Below, piece after piece: positions 37,143-46,631 of a stretch of DNA of 64,000 nt. Source of the DNA: a virus (Duplodnaviria; Caudoviricetes); IMG/VR virus record IMGVR_UViG_3300033073_001761, positions 4,547 through 68,546 of that record; one strand, given 5' to 3'. The notes under the pieces were generated by a model that saw only the letters and a list, made by a program, of their open reading frames with translations, searched no databases and was not told the DNA's origin. Position numbers and translations under genes: made by a program. Positions within the stretch are counted from its first letter, which is position 1, and each line of letters opens with the position of its first letter.

Positions 37143-37155
37143 TTCAGGTCGTAAT

Positions 37156-37539
37156 TCAGATCAGCACGTCCAATCGCACTAATCCGTCGATCTGGCGACC
37201 GGTACTGCTGGTGATCCGAGCAATAATTCGGTAGCGAGTGCCGGCAACGCCACCCTGAAAAGTGAAGAGCACCGATTTATTGAGGTGAATGCCCGTACCA
37301 CCGATCGTATGCGTGCTGATAACGATTTCATCGGTGACGATGGGAGAGATGGCGTCGTAATCAGATGGGGTTCGCCAGATTCCGATCTTCTCGACAGTAA
37401 TGGAAGCCGCGGAAATGGTCTCGGATCGCCGCAAGGCGAAAACGAATTGAATTTCACCAGTGGCCGCGGCTCCGGCTCGAATACGCCGGAGCTCGCGGGC
37501 ATTGATGTAAGGATCGGAGATCGTTGGATCGGCAGACAT
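37156..37539 (-). CDS. Fibre-tail adaptor-like protein
   Basis: ETISAASITV...FTFQGGVAGTRYRIIARITSSTGR pattern. Confidence 0.6.
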   Translation of the reverse strand: MSADPTISDPYINARELRRIRAGAAATGEIQFVFALRRSETISAASITVEKIGIWRTPSDYDAISPIVTDEIVISTHTIGGTGIHLNKSVLFTFQGGVAGTRYRIIARITSSTGRQIDGLVRLDVLI

Positions 37540-38288
37540 TATCGCGTCTGGCCTTTACCCTTAAAAGTGATCTTATTCAAAACTGGTGAATCGCCCGCAT
37601 CAAGCGTCAACCGCAACCAGACGCCGATTGCCTCACCGGCGAGCAGATTGCCAGTCGGCACCGACGCATCGGACGTGCCAAAGGTCACGCCAGCGGGAGC
37701 AGTGAGCCGATTTGTCGTCGTACCCGAATCGTCTTTCGACGTCGCGAGGCCGAATGCTAGCTTGGATGTCGGGTCCGTCATCTGCACGGCAGCGTTGATT
37801 AGTGCCGAAACGTCGTCGGTATTCTTGAGGAAAATCTTTTCGTAGAAAATCTTTTGCGAGCCGCCGGATTCCTCGGAGTACGCCTCCAGAAAAATTCCTC
37901 GCCACGACGTTTTGCCTGCTGGGATAACGAAAATCGTATCCGAACCGCCGCTGAGCTCGCGAACGGTAATATTGCCGGTCGTAGTGCCCGACAACGTAGC
38001 TTTGGTGACATGTTTGAACGCCGTCGTAAACTCAACGTCGGTCGTACCGTTGAGCGTCTTTGCCTCGGACGCCGCGACGCCGGAAGCCAAAAATCCGTAA
38101 ATCGTCAACGTTTGCGTTGTATCGCCGGCCGCCGACGATACTGCCTCGACAGTGCCGGTCGGGCTCACGAGATTCGTCAGCGCGACCACGCCGTTATTGT
38201 TGATCGCACCGCCGACCGATCCCGTGCCATCGGCCTCGGGCATCACGGCGGATTGCAGGAAAATTAGGTCAGTACTAAGTAAAGCCAT
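37539..38288 (-). CDS. Hypothetical virion protein
   Basis: 249 aa, Thr/Gly/Ala-rich beta protein in the fibre cluster. Confidence 0.65.
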   Translation of the reverse strand: MALLSTDLIFLQSAVMPEADGTGSVGGAINNNGVVALTNLVSPTGTVEAVSSAAGDTTQTLTIYGFLASGVAASEAKTLNGTTDVEFTTAFKHVTKATLSGTTTGNITVRELSGGSDTIFVIPAGKTSWRGIFLEAYSEESGGSQKIFYEKIFLKNTDDVSALINAAVQMTDPTSKLAFGLATSKDDSGTTTNRLTAPAGVTFGTSDASVPTGNLLAGEAIGVWLRLTLDAGDSPVLNKITFKGKGQTR

Positions 38289-38307
38289 GGTCGGGCGACT
38301 CTCTGTA

Positions 38308-40374
38308 TTAGTCGACCCGCCAAGCTCCCTCGACCGTCCAAATCTGCCAGACTAGCCCAGGTAGCAAGTTTGCCGGGTCGAATCCATCGGGCAGCGCAAA
38401 AACTGCGACCGCCGCCGAAATCGACACTTGACTACCAGTGTCTACAGCGAGCCCAATTTCAGCCGACACTCGAAAATAAGTGGTCAGGGCGAGATCGTAA
38501 TTTGCGTCGATATTTCGCGAGGTTGCTAATGCCAAGGAAGGACTGATGGCAACTCGATAGTCGGTTGCCAGGCCGAAATCTGCAGACGCGACTCGCTCTT
38601 GGTAAGTCGCCGCGGCAATCCCGATCGTTTGCGTAGCCTCATGACTGGTGCTCAAGCCAAGGCCATGGTCGATTTCAATCTCACGATGGGTGTTGATCGC
38701 GAAAGAGCCAGTGATTCCGGTGATCTCCGTCGAACTAATTGGAAGTTCGCACTCTTGTTCGACAACCAGGGCTGTCGAGTAGGCAACGTCAATCGTATTC
38801 CCAGCGAAACTGGTCGACGCTATCGCAAGGCCGGCGGGAGAAGTGACGTACCCGAGCGACGCAATTGCAGCCAGTTCTGCACGGGTGACGCCTTGGTTGG
38901 TTGCGGCACCCATGTCAACGGATTTGCTCAACCCGGCAAGCGTGCCAAGGTCGAGCCCAGCAACAACAGAGATCGCGGAGTCAGTACCTAAGGCGATGCC
39001 GGCCGTTGCAGCGAAATACTGCGTCGTTGCGACAACGACGTCGACCGACCGCGAAACGCTGATAGCGCTGCTGATTGCGACGTCGAACGACTTACTCACT
39101 GGTCCGATGGCTGCAAGACTGGTGTCAGCGATTGCCGATATACCTTGCCGTGTAGCCAAAACGACGTCGAAATCGACTTCAATGGGCCGGCCGGTGCCCC
39201 AGTCGGGGTCAGCGTCTTCCATCCACAAGATCAAGAATTGCAGCGGGAAGTATCTGGAATTCACCGAGATCACGGTCTCGGACGACCGCGCGAATAAAGA
39301 CAGGTCGACGTCGCCAAAAATTCCGCCGAAAGTCGCGAGCGAAGCGTCGGCGGATTGGCTGGCTGAGATCGCAGTTTCGAGCGAAACGTCGACAGATTGG
39401 CCGAGGTGGCTAGTCGTCGAGATCGCGAATTCCATCTCGCCGGCAACCGGGCCAGCAGTGCCGATGGCTAGGTCAGTTTCGCCAAAAATTCCACCACCGA
39501 AGGTCGCGAGCGAAACGTCGATCGATTGGCCGAGGTAGCCGCCCAAAGAAGCGACGGCCAGTTCCGAATCTTGGGCCAGACCACCTAGGCTCGCGAGATA
39601 TAGGTCGGCCTCGGCCGGCACGAGAGTCAACGCCGAGGCCAAGGCTAGGTCGGCAGATTCTTCAACTCGGCCGGTTGCTCCGAGGGCTAGATCCGCTTGG
39701 CCAAAAATTCCACCAAAGGTCGCAAGCGAAACGTCTATCGAAAGCTCGACGATCGCGAGTAGCTCCCACGAGATCGCGACGTCGGCGGACGCAGAAACCT
39801 CGAGCGCCGACACAAGGCCAACGTCGGCAACGACCTCGACCTGACCCATCGGCGAGAGTGCGAGGTCGACTTGGCCAACGACATTTTGCTGTGAGGCCAT
39901 AGCAAGATCGGCGGACGCTGAAGCATCGGTCGCCGAGGCAAGGGAGAAATCCGAGGTTACAGAAACCTCGAGCGCCGAGGCCAGAGCAAGGCCGGCGGAA
40001 ACGGAAGCCTCGAGCGCCGAAGCCAAGCCGAGATCGGCGGACTGGCTCACGTCGAGAGCAGAGGCGAAAGCAGCGTCGGCGGACCGGCTCACGTCGAGCG
40101 ATGAGGCCAGGGCGAGATCGGCGGACGCAATAACCTCGATCGCCGAGGCCAAGCTGAGATCGGCGGACCAAGAAACATCGAGCGCCGAGGCCAGGCCAGT
40201 ATCAACGCTAGCACCAAGAATCTGAATCGTCGAAAGGCCGAGATCAGCAAATTTGCTCACGTCCAGCGACGTCGCCAAACTGATTCCGATCTCGACCTCG
40301 ACAGGCCGCAAGCTCCCATCGTCGTCTTCGAGCCAGATCGGCAGCAATTGGATAGGCAGCACAGCCACGGCCAA
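38308..40374 (-). CDS. Low-complexity repeat virion protein (13-aa SADLxLASALEVS repeats)
   Basis: Tandem 39-bp repeats at ~39960-40200; three SIDVSLATFGGIFG copies. Confidence 0.7.
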   Translation of the reverse strand: MAVAVLPIQLLPIWLEDDDGSLRPVEVEIGISLATSLDVSKFADLGLSTIQILGASVDTGLASALDVSWSADLSLASAIEVIASADLALASSLDVSRSADAAFASALDVSQSADLGLASALEASVSAGLALASALEVSVTSDFSLASATDASASADLAMASQQNVVGQVDLALSPMGQVEVVADVGLVSALEVSASADVAISWELLAIVELSIDVSLATFGGIFGQADLALGATGRVEESADLALASALTLVPAEADLYLASLGGLAQDSELAVASLGGYLGQSIDVSLATFGGGIFGETDLAIGTAGPVAGEMEFAISTTSHLGQSVDVSLETAISASQSADASLATFGGIFGDVDLSLFARSSETVISVNSRYFPLQFLILWMEDADPDWGTGRPIEVDFDVVLATRQGISAIADTSLAAIGPVSKSFDVAISSAISVSRSVDVVVATTQYFAATAGIALGTDSAISVVAGLDLGTLAGLSKSVDMGAATNQGVTRAELAAIASLGYVTSPAGLAIASTSFAGNTIDVAYSTALVVEQECELPISSTEITGITGSFAINTHREIEIDHGLGLSTSHEATQTIGIAAATYQERVASADFGLATDYRVAISPSLALATSRNIDANYDLALTTYFRVSAEIGLAVDTGSQVSISAAVAVFALPDGFDPANLLPGLVWQIWTVEGAWRVD

Positions 40375-40439
40375 ACTCTCCTAGGCCGGCGGGAGAAGGT
40401 GACACCCGGACCAGCCCGCGCGGCATGTGCAGTTGCAAA

Positions 40440-41063
40440 TTAGCGCTGGTACGTGTGACCACCGCTCGGACCACGAGCAGCGCCGTCAGCCGTCCAATTG
40501 ACCTCGATTCCGTAGCTCGGCCCGAAGGTCGTCAAACTGCTGGTCTCGGTGTACTCCCAAGTCGCCGTCGAGCCGTCTTGCGACATTGAAGCGGCGTTGA
40601 TCAGCGTCGTATTATTGGCCTGGTCGCGCACCGTAATCGTAACCGAAGACACGCCGCTCTTGAGTAGCTGCTGGTCGCGATAAAAGGTTACGCGGTAATA
40701 GTCGTTGCCGGCCACTTGCGACACCGAGACACGGCACCAGTAGAGCCGGGCCAGCCCGAAGACTGCAGTCGCATTGCTGATGATCGTGATCACTTCCGCG
40801 TAGGCGAAGACGCTGTTCACGTAATAACTGACCAGAACTCGCGGAACCGAGCCGATCGCCGCAACTTCGGGCTGTCCAATCCAACGGCCGATATTCTTGC
40901 CCGTGCCCTCAGTGAGCGTAATTTCTGTGTTCGCCTCGGTCGGTGAAGCTGACCAGGTCTCGTTGACGTCGTCCCAAAGGTTATTTGTGTCCAGGTCCTG
41001 CAGCACCACTTTGACGGTCGCGCCGGAGACGCTCGGGCCAGAAAATACTAACGGTACGCTCAT
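40440..41063 (-). CDS. Hypothetical virion protein
   Basis: 207 aa, beta-rich, fibre cluster. Confidence 0.6.
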   Translation of the reverse strand: MSVPLVFSGPSVSGATVKVVLQDLDTNNLWDDVNETWSASPTEANTEITLTEGTGKNIGRWIGQPEVAAIGSVPRVLVSYYVNSVFAYAEVITIISNATAVFGLARLYWCRVSVSQVAGNDYYRVTFYRDQQLLKSGVSSVTITVRDQANNTTLINAASMSQDGSTATWEYTETSSLTTFGPSYGIEVNWTADGAARGPSGGHTYQR

Positions 41064-41076
41064 CGTCTAACCTTTG

Positions 41077-41529
41077 TTATTGGGCACGAATTACGGCTAA
41101 TGCGGTACGTAACACGGCATCAGCATCGCGCACCGGCAAATCGGCATTAAGGCCAGCATTGACCGCCTGTTTTAACGCGGCGACCTCGGGCAGGATAATC
41201 GCGAGCAGCAATTGCAGCGAACATAGTGTTGCCCGCAATGTTGGCAGCAATTCAGCTGGAATATTGGCCGGGCGTTGGCCTTGCCAGGTCGATCTTGCGG
41301 TCGCCTCGTACAATGTGGCCAGGTGATAAAGGTACGGATCAATCGCGGCGATCTCGGCCTCAGTTGGAGCGGGGCCAAATCCCTCAGGCCAGGGCGCCAC
41401 CACCCCTTCGACGATTGACATTTCCACGTCGTCAAGGGATGCAAGTTGCGCCGCAGTAGGCCCATCGGGGCGAGCGATGGCAACAGATTGCGCCTGGCGG
41501 TTAAGTAGTGCCATTAGCCGGGCTCCCAC
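41077..41529 (-). CDS. Hypothetical protein (XkdW-like position next to a fibre gene)
   Basis: IVEGVVAPWPEGFGPAPTEAEI segment; context. Confidence 0.5.
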   Translation of the reverse strand: MGARLMALLNRQAQSVAIARPDGPTAAQLASLDDVEMSIVEGVVAPWPEGFGPAPTEAEIAAIDPYLYHLATLYEATARSTWQGQRPANIPAELLPTLRATLCSLQLLLAIILPEVAALKQAVNAGLNADLPVRDADAVLRTALAVIRAQ

Positions 41530-42512
41530 GACGTACCATAAATTGACACCAACTTATTGTTAATTTGCGTCCATCGCCACTTGATAGTTGTGCCGCTTGG
41601 TTGCCCCGAGACAGTAACCACCGCGCCAACCAACTTTTGGTTACCCGTGACCGTGCCAAGGTCCACCAGGGTGACGGTCGACCAGTTTGAGCCGTTGTTG
41701 CGGGATACCTCTAGCGTCAGATCGGTGTTTAGGGTCGCGGAACCGAGATCGACGATACCTACGATGTAGATTTGACTTGGCGCCGACGACACTGTGTAAG
41801 CGATTGAAGGTACCGAAAGTTCGTAATCGCCGACCACCTCAATCAAGCTCACCGCCACACCATTAACGCCCGAATTGGTACTGTAGCCTGTCGCGTTTTG
41901 CGTTGCCGCGTCTGACCCAGCCTTGGCGTACGAACTGCCTGCGGACGCGAAAAATTTCGTGGTAACAGTGCCGGACTGATAGACCGAGATCACGTGATCT
42001 TTTGTTTCATCAAGCGTAAAGTTAATCACATCTGACACAATTGCGCCATTAATCGTCGCGACCGAGCTTGATCCACCGTTAAAGGTGATCCGTGTCGGCG
42101 TCGTCTCGAAGTCGTAAGCGTCGCCGCTACTTGCTTTTTGCCCAAAAAATACGTCGTTAATCGTACCCGCGGCGTGTCCCTGCAGCGTGAGGCGTATCTT
42201 TGACCCAGAGACAGTGATTGCACTGGCGGCGATCACAAAGCGGAACGTCGTATTACTACCAGCACTATTGCTGCCGAGCGTTACCGAGTAGGAAGTTGTC
42301 GCAGGGGTTTGCGACGTGAACACCTTCGCGCCGTAGCTTCCCGAGGTTTGGCCAGTCACGCCATCTGCGGTACCGAAACCATCGATCACACCACCGCGAG
42401 CAGTCCGGTAGTATGGTCCGCTAGCAATATTCAATAGCCATGTAGCATTCCATAGGCGATTACGCATAATCACGTCGCCGAGAAATTCGCCACCAATAAC
42501 GTAACCTGCCAT
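41514..42512 (-). CDS. Probable tail-fibre/receptor-binding-type protein
   Basis: Ser/Thr/Gly-rich beta protein; fibre cluster. Confidence 0.55.
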   Translation of the reverse strand: MAGYVIGGEFLGDVIMRNRLWNATWLLNIASGPYYRTARGGVIDGFGTADGVTGQTSGSYGAKVFTSQTPATTSYSVTLGSNSAGSNTTFRFVIAASAITVSGSKIRLTLQGHAAGTINDVFFGQKASSGDAYDFETTPTRITFNGGSSSVATINGAIVSDVINFTLDETKDHVISVYQSGTVTTKFFASAGSSYAKAGSDAATQNATGYSTNSGVNGVAVSLIEVVGDYELSVPSIAYTVSSAPSQIYIVGIVDLGSATLNTDLTLEVSRNNGSNWSTVTLVDLGTVTGNQKLVGAVVTVSGQPSGTTIKWRWTQINNKLVSIYGTSWEPG

Positions 42513-42551
42513 GGAGATGTGACCTTATAGCAACAAAAGCAGCGATAAAGA

Positions 42552-42986
42552 TTACCGAATCACAGTCACGTTGATATTGTTTCGCGGACCAAATACGCGA
42601 CGACCAATCACCTCTAGTATTCCAAAACCTCGCCGAAAGTTGTTGTTCTGGATCACTACTGTCGGCTGCTGCACGAATACCTGTTGCTGGCGGAATACTC
42701 GCTGTTGCTGCACGACGACAGGAGCCGCTTGCCGCACAAACACCCGCTGCTGGCGAACCGATTGCACGACGACAGGCTGCTGAAAGACCGCCTGTTGCTG
42801 AAAATAGACCGGAGCAGCAGCCTGGATCGCCTGTACCTGCACTGCCGGCTGAACCTGGATCACCGCTTGGGCACCGAAACCACCGAAACCACCAGCTTCG
42901 GCCGACGGGAGAAATGCCGCCAGACTGACCGCAACCGCAATTGCCGCAGCAATTACCGCCGCCCGAGTTTCTTGCAAAGATCGCAT
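42552..42986 (-). CDS. Secreted Gln/Val-rich low-complexity protein
   Basis: Signal peptide ...AFLPSAEA; QQxVF repeats; start placed at ATG 42986. Confidence 0.65.
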   Translation of the reverse strand: MRSLQETRAAVIAAAIAVAVSLAAFLPSAEAGGFGGFGAQAVIQVQPAVQVQAIQAAAPVYFQQQAVFQQPVVVQSVRQQRVFVRQAAPVVVQQQRVFRQQQVFVQQPTVVIQNNNFRRGFGILEVIGRRVFGPRNNINVTVIR

Positions 42987-43104
42987 TTCGACACCTCTTT
43001 TCGTGGACGAAACAAAAGCTGGATAAAGACAATAGTCGCGACAACCAGGATCACGGCCGGCAAATCCGACCGCCAAAAGAAGTCATCGTGCCAGATTTCC
43101 GAGA

Positions 43105-43794
43105 TCACTTGGCTTCCCCTGCTGCTCCCGTGGTCGCCATCGCGGTCGACGTGCTCTTGAGCAGGTACGCGCCGAGATTTTTCGCGTCGATCGGCGACAG
43201 CGGGCCGTTTTTCGGCATCATGCCGGACATAATCGCGAGCACGCTAGCGTTGCGAGACTCTTCCGTGAGTGTTGATAGATCCAAGCCGCCCGAGGGATTC
43301 TCGCCGGCGTGGCACGACAGACATCTAGTTTTGAAAACCGCCTCACCAGGGTGAGCCAGCGATTGCACCTGGAGCGACTGGATATTGACCGCGGCAGCCG
43401 AGGTGCTGATTCCAGCGGCAACCAACTGCTGAGAAAACGTCTGCTGGTTCGCGAGCAATTGCAGCATCACCTGCTGGTTGGCCTGCTGGTTCGACTGAGC
43501 TTGGGCGAGTAATTGCAGTAGCGCCGCGTTCTGCTGTCCAAGCGAACCGTCGTGCGAACTGGTCGCGTAAACCGCCTGCGGGGAAAGGTGGCCATGGGCA
43601 ACGACCGCCGCAGGAGCGGTCACAACAACCCGCTGGCCACCGTACTGGTCGACCTGTACCGCTGTTTGCACGGCGACCGCAGGCTCGACGATAACTTTCT
43701 GCTGGACGACTTTGGCGGCAGGCAGACAGACGCCGGAAACGCAATCGGTCGAAGTCGCCGCGACAGCGAGAATCAGAATTGGTGAAAAAATCAT
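43105..43794 (-). CDS. Secreted protein with c-type heme motif (planctomycete cytochrome c-like)
   Basis: Signal peptide; VFKTRCLSCHAGENPSGGLDL ... MPK. Confidence 0.8.
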   Translation of the reverse strand: MIFSPILILAVAATSTDCVSGVCLPAAKVVQQKVIVEPAVAVQTAVQVDQYGGQRVVVTAPAAVVAHGHLSPQAVYATSSHDGSLGQQNAALLQLLAQAQSNQQANQQVMLQLLANQQTFSQQLVAAGISTSAAAVNIQSLQVQSLAHPGEAVFKTRCLSCHAGENPSGGLDLSTLTEESRNASVLAIMSGMMPKNGPLSPIDAKNLGAYLLKSTSTAMATTGAAGEAK

Positions 43795-43964
43795 GGTCGC
43801 TGCCCTCCTTTACCGGGAGAGCTTAACCGAGGACGGGCAATTTCTGCGGATTGGATTATCGGGCGAAAATAAAATCGGGCTGGAGTTGGGCGAATCACTC
43901 CAGCCCGACGCGGCGCGGGGCAAAGAAAGGCATGGGCCTGAGGAAACAACAGGCATGGGGGAGT

Positions 43965-44309
43965 CTAGCTTTTTGCAATCGACTTGTCAACGGTCCGTTT
44001 ATCAACAACGGTCCGTTTATCAATCCGCTTCTGCTCGCGAACTTGATGCACCCAAGCAATGCCAGGCAGTGTCAGCTTGACAGTACGCGATTGCAGATGA
44101 TGGGTAGTAACCAATCCTTTGGCTTCGAGTGATCGCAGGTGGCACGCGGCGGCGTAAGATCGAAAACCGAAAGCCTTGGCAATTTCGGCGTGCGATGGCG
44201 ACGTTGCAAGATTGTTGCCGTGCTTGTAGGCCAGGATGAAATCGAGGATTTCAATCTGACGTTTTGTCGGCGGTTTCGGTGGTTTTGGTGGCTTCGGTGG
44301 TTTCTTCAT
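43965..44309 (-). CDS. LexA-type DNA-binding-domain protein (no peptidase domain)
   Basis: TKRQIEILDFI...SPSHAEIAKAFG...CHLRSLEAKG; start placed at ATG 44309. Confidence 0.85.
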   Translation of the reverse strand: MKKPPKPPKPPKPPTKRQIEILDFILAYKHGNNLATSPSHAEIAKAFGFRSYAAACHLRSLEAKGLVTTHHLQSRTVKLTLPGIAWVHQVREQKRIDKRTVVDKRTVDKSIAKS

Positions 44310-44495
44310 AGTTTCGCTTTCGCCGCTCATTTCGCTGCTGCTCGAACTTCTGATATTCATCCCAATATTCTTGGTAATGGTGGCTGTCGATTGGAAAGTG
44401 GATTAGAAAATGCGTGCGGACGATAACATAGTTGCCATACTCGGTGACTACCTCGAATAGTGGTTCAAGCTTCAGGGGTTTCATCTAACCGCCCC

Positions 44496-44909
44496 TTATC
44501 CCATGTGCTCGCTCAGGTATTCCTCGACCACATCAGGCGTCAACCAACATGGTTTTGGTGGTCCAGATGGTTGATTGGCGAGAACAGTGTCCAAGAACAC
44601 CCGAACCACACTAAGAGCGATGGCGACGCTAAAACTAGGGTCATTGTAAGACATATCCGCAGCGAAATAACGACCTGGAATAACCGAAAAAAATACCGAC
44701 TCGTCGTCAATCTCTAACGAAGCAAGATCGTCCTTGAACCGCCATTCTAAGTACACACCTGTACTGATCGGCGATACTTGCGGCAAAATGTCACAAGGTT
44801 GCAAGGAGTCTAGAAAATCAATCGCGAAGTCTACTGCTACCTGTGGTAATTTCGTGAACCCCCTGATCTCTTCTTGCAAGAGACTACGAACGGAATGCCA
44901 GTCACCCAT
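44496..44909 (-). CDS. Hypothetical protein
   Basis: 137 aa in-line ORF, looks lower in GC. Confidence 0.55.
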   Translation of the reverse strand: MGDWHSVRSLLQEEIRGFTKLPQVAVDFAIDFLDSLQPCDILPQVSPISTGVYLEWRFKDDLASLEIDDESVFFSVIPGRYFAADMSYNDPSFSVAIALSVVRVFLDTVLANQPSGPPKPCWLTPDVVEEYLSEHMG

Positions 44910-44912
44910 ATC

Positions 44913-46337
44913 TCACTGCCCCTCTTGCAACACGATCCGGCTGCTGGTCCCTTCCCAGCTTGTCCGGTCGATCTCTTTGCCCAATCGCAACAGGATCAGA
45001 TTCCCGTCGTTGCTCGCCTCAGCTAATTTGCGAAACCGCTCCGCATCAAGCCCCAGTTCCCTGGCCGCACGTTCCGCACCTACCGGCGCCCAGTAATCAC
45101 GATGCACCGCGGCGACCGCTGCAGCTAACCGGCTGGCCGCGCCCGCAGGTGTCAGCGCTTGGTCCTCGTGTTTGGCGATCGGCTCGGCGACCGCATATGC
45201 CGATCGCAAATACCGTTCGTGATCGCTGGCCAGGTGGTCCAACGCTCGCGATCGATAATCGTCTTCAATCTGCTGAACCTGCTCGATATCCTTAGCAACG
45301 ATCTTGACGCCGCTTTCGAGCATCTCTTCGACAAAGTTAGCCGGCGGGAGAATGTACCCGCTCGCATGGCAGTCTAGGCAATTATTGATCCGAATCGTCG
45401 GGTCAGGGCTCGGCCGCGCAAAATGGCTCACGACGTTGGCTGGTGCCTCGGTTACTAAATCACCCTTGCCGTTGACCAAGAGGTACCCGAAAAGCCCGTT
45501 CGGCAGCGAGTAGATAATCTCCCCGCCGGCCGGTTTCAGATCGTCGATCACGAACGTTCTCGCCGGGTCGTTTTCTTCCTGGAAATGGTCCGCAAAGTCG
45601 AGCGTTTCCCAGACTTCGTTCCAATCTCCGGACCGCCGAAGTAGTATCCGCTTCTTGTGGTTGCCGACCTCTGATTTCAAAACCGCGGCGGCTCGCCTAG
45701 CTTCTTTCTTGGTCGGATCGACCCCGAGGTTCTGGGCGTAGATTTCGTCGCGGGTCTTGCCCGTGTGGCCGAGGAATTCGTCGTAGGCAGGCGGTTGCAT
45801 CCCGTAGACCAGGATCGTTTGCAATCGGACAATCGGGCGATCCTGGCCGGTGAGCGACTGCAGGGAAAGATAGTCGGGGCCGCAGGTATCGGGTGTAAGC
45901 ACCGCTTCCTTGGCGGACATAACTTGCCAACCGTTCGCCGGCGGGAAAGAAGGCTGTTTCTCGCTGGCCTTGGCTCCTTCTCCCGCCGGCTTCGAAAGTT
46001 CGACTACTCGGCCGAGGCTAAGTAGATCCAGGTAGTAGACCCGAAACGTTGGACCAGGGCCAGCGAGCGGCAGCGGATAATGGAGCGTTCCGCGAGTCGA
46101 GATGGAATTCACGAGCAAATTGCCCGCCAGCGCCGCATCAATACGAGCGTCGTCGGGGAGATCGTAGTCGGTGTAATAGCGCGCCACGCGGGCGAGTTCA
46201 GGCGGCAAGGTCCGGGCGTGCTCGTGAGCGATCTTGCAGACCAGAGCCGGCGAATATAGCTGCTGTTGCGGCTGAGCCTGAGCAGCGACCGCAGCGACAG
46301 CAAACAAAAGCAGGGCTACTAACCACGACACTTGCAA
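44913..46337 (-). CDS. Secreted protein with CxxCH heme motif
   Basis: Signal peptide ...AVAAQA; NNCLDCH; GGEIIYSLPNGL..YLL. Confidence 0.7.
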   Translation of the reverse strand: MQVSWLVALLLFAVAAVAAQAQPQQQLYSPALVCKIAHEHARTLPPELARVARYYTDYDLPDDARIDAALAGNLLVNSISTRGTLHYPLPLAGPGPTFRVYYLDLLSLGRVVELSKPAGEGAKASEKQPSFPPANGWQVMSAKEAVLTPDTCGPDYLSLQSLTGQDRPIVRLQTILVYGMQPPAYDEFLGHTGKTRDEIYAQNLGVDPTKKEARRAAAVLKSEVGNHKKRILLRRSGDWNEVWETLDFADHFQEENDPARTFVIDDLKPAGGEIIYSLPNGLFGYLLVNGKGDLVTEAPANVVSHFARPSPDPTIRINNCLDCHASGYILPPANFVEEMLESGVKIVAKDIEQVQQIEDDYRSRALDHLASDHERYLRSAYAVAEPIAKHEDQALTPAGAASRLAAAVAAVHRDYWAPVGAERAARELGLDAERFRKLAEASNDGNLILLRLGKEIDRTSWEGTSSRIVLQEGQ

Positions 46338-46600
46338 TTTTCCGCCCCAAGCGTTGCGTAACCAGCGATGTCGGCCCAGGAATCCGTATAATTCGGATCG
46401 CCGTTCAGGATTCGGCCGACCTTATGCAAGATCATATCGATCGCCTCACGATGAGCGGGCGACAGCTTTTGCCACGATTCGCCGGCACGGAATCGCCGGC
46501 ATGACTCTTTCAGCGATTGTGTAATCGAAGCGTGATCGTGAAAATCTCCGTAGCGAGATCCGCGTTCGGCCAAGAGTGCGTCAGTATCTGTTTTGCTCAT
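46319..46600 (-). CDS. DUF6378-like phage protein
   Basis: LAERGSRYGDF...KVGRILNGDP..DSWADIAGYA. Confidence 0.8.
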   Translation of the reverse strand: MSKTDTDALLAERGSRYGDFHDHASITQSLKESCRRFRAGESWQKLSPAHREAIDMILHKVGRILNGDPNYTDSWADIAGYATLGAENCKCRG

Positions 46601-46631
46601 CTGTTTTTACTCGCTTTTCTCGCCTTCATCA

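Noticed and set aside
43984-44022. 18-bp duplication (KRTVVD x2) in the LexA-like ORF
   Set aside because: Two-copy coding slippage repeat with no further structure.
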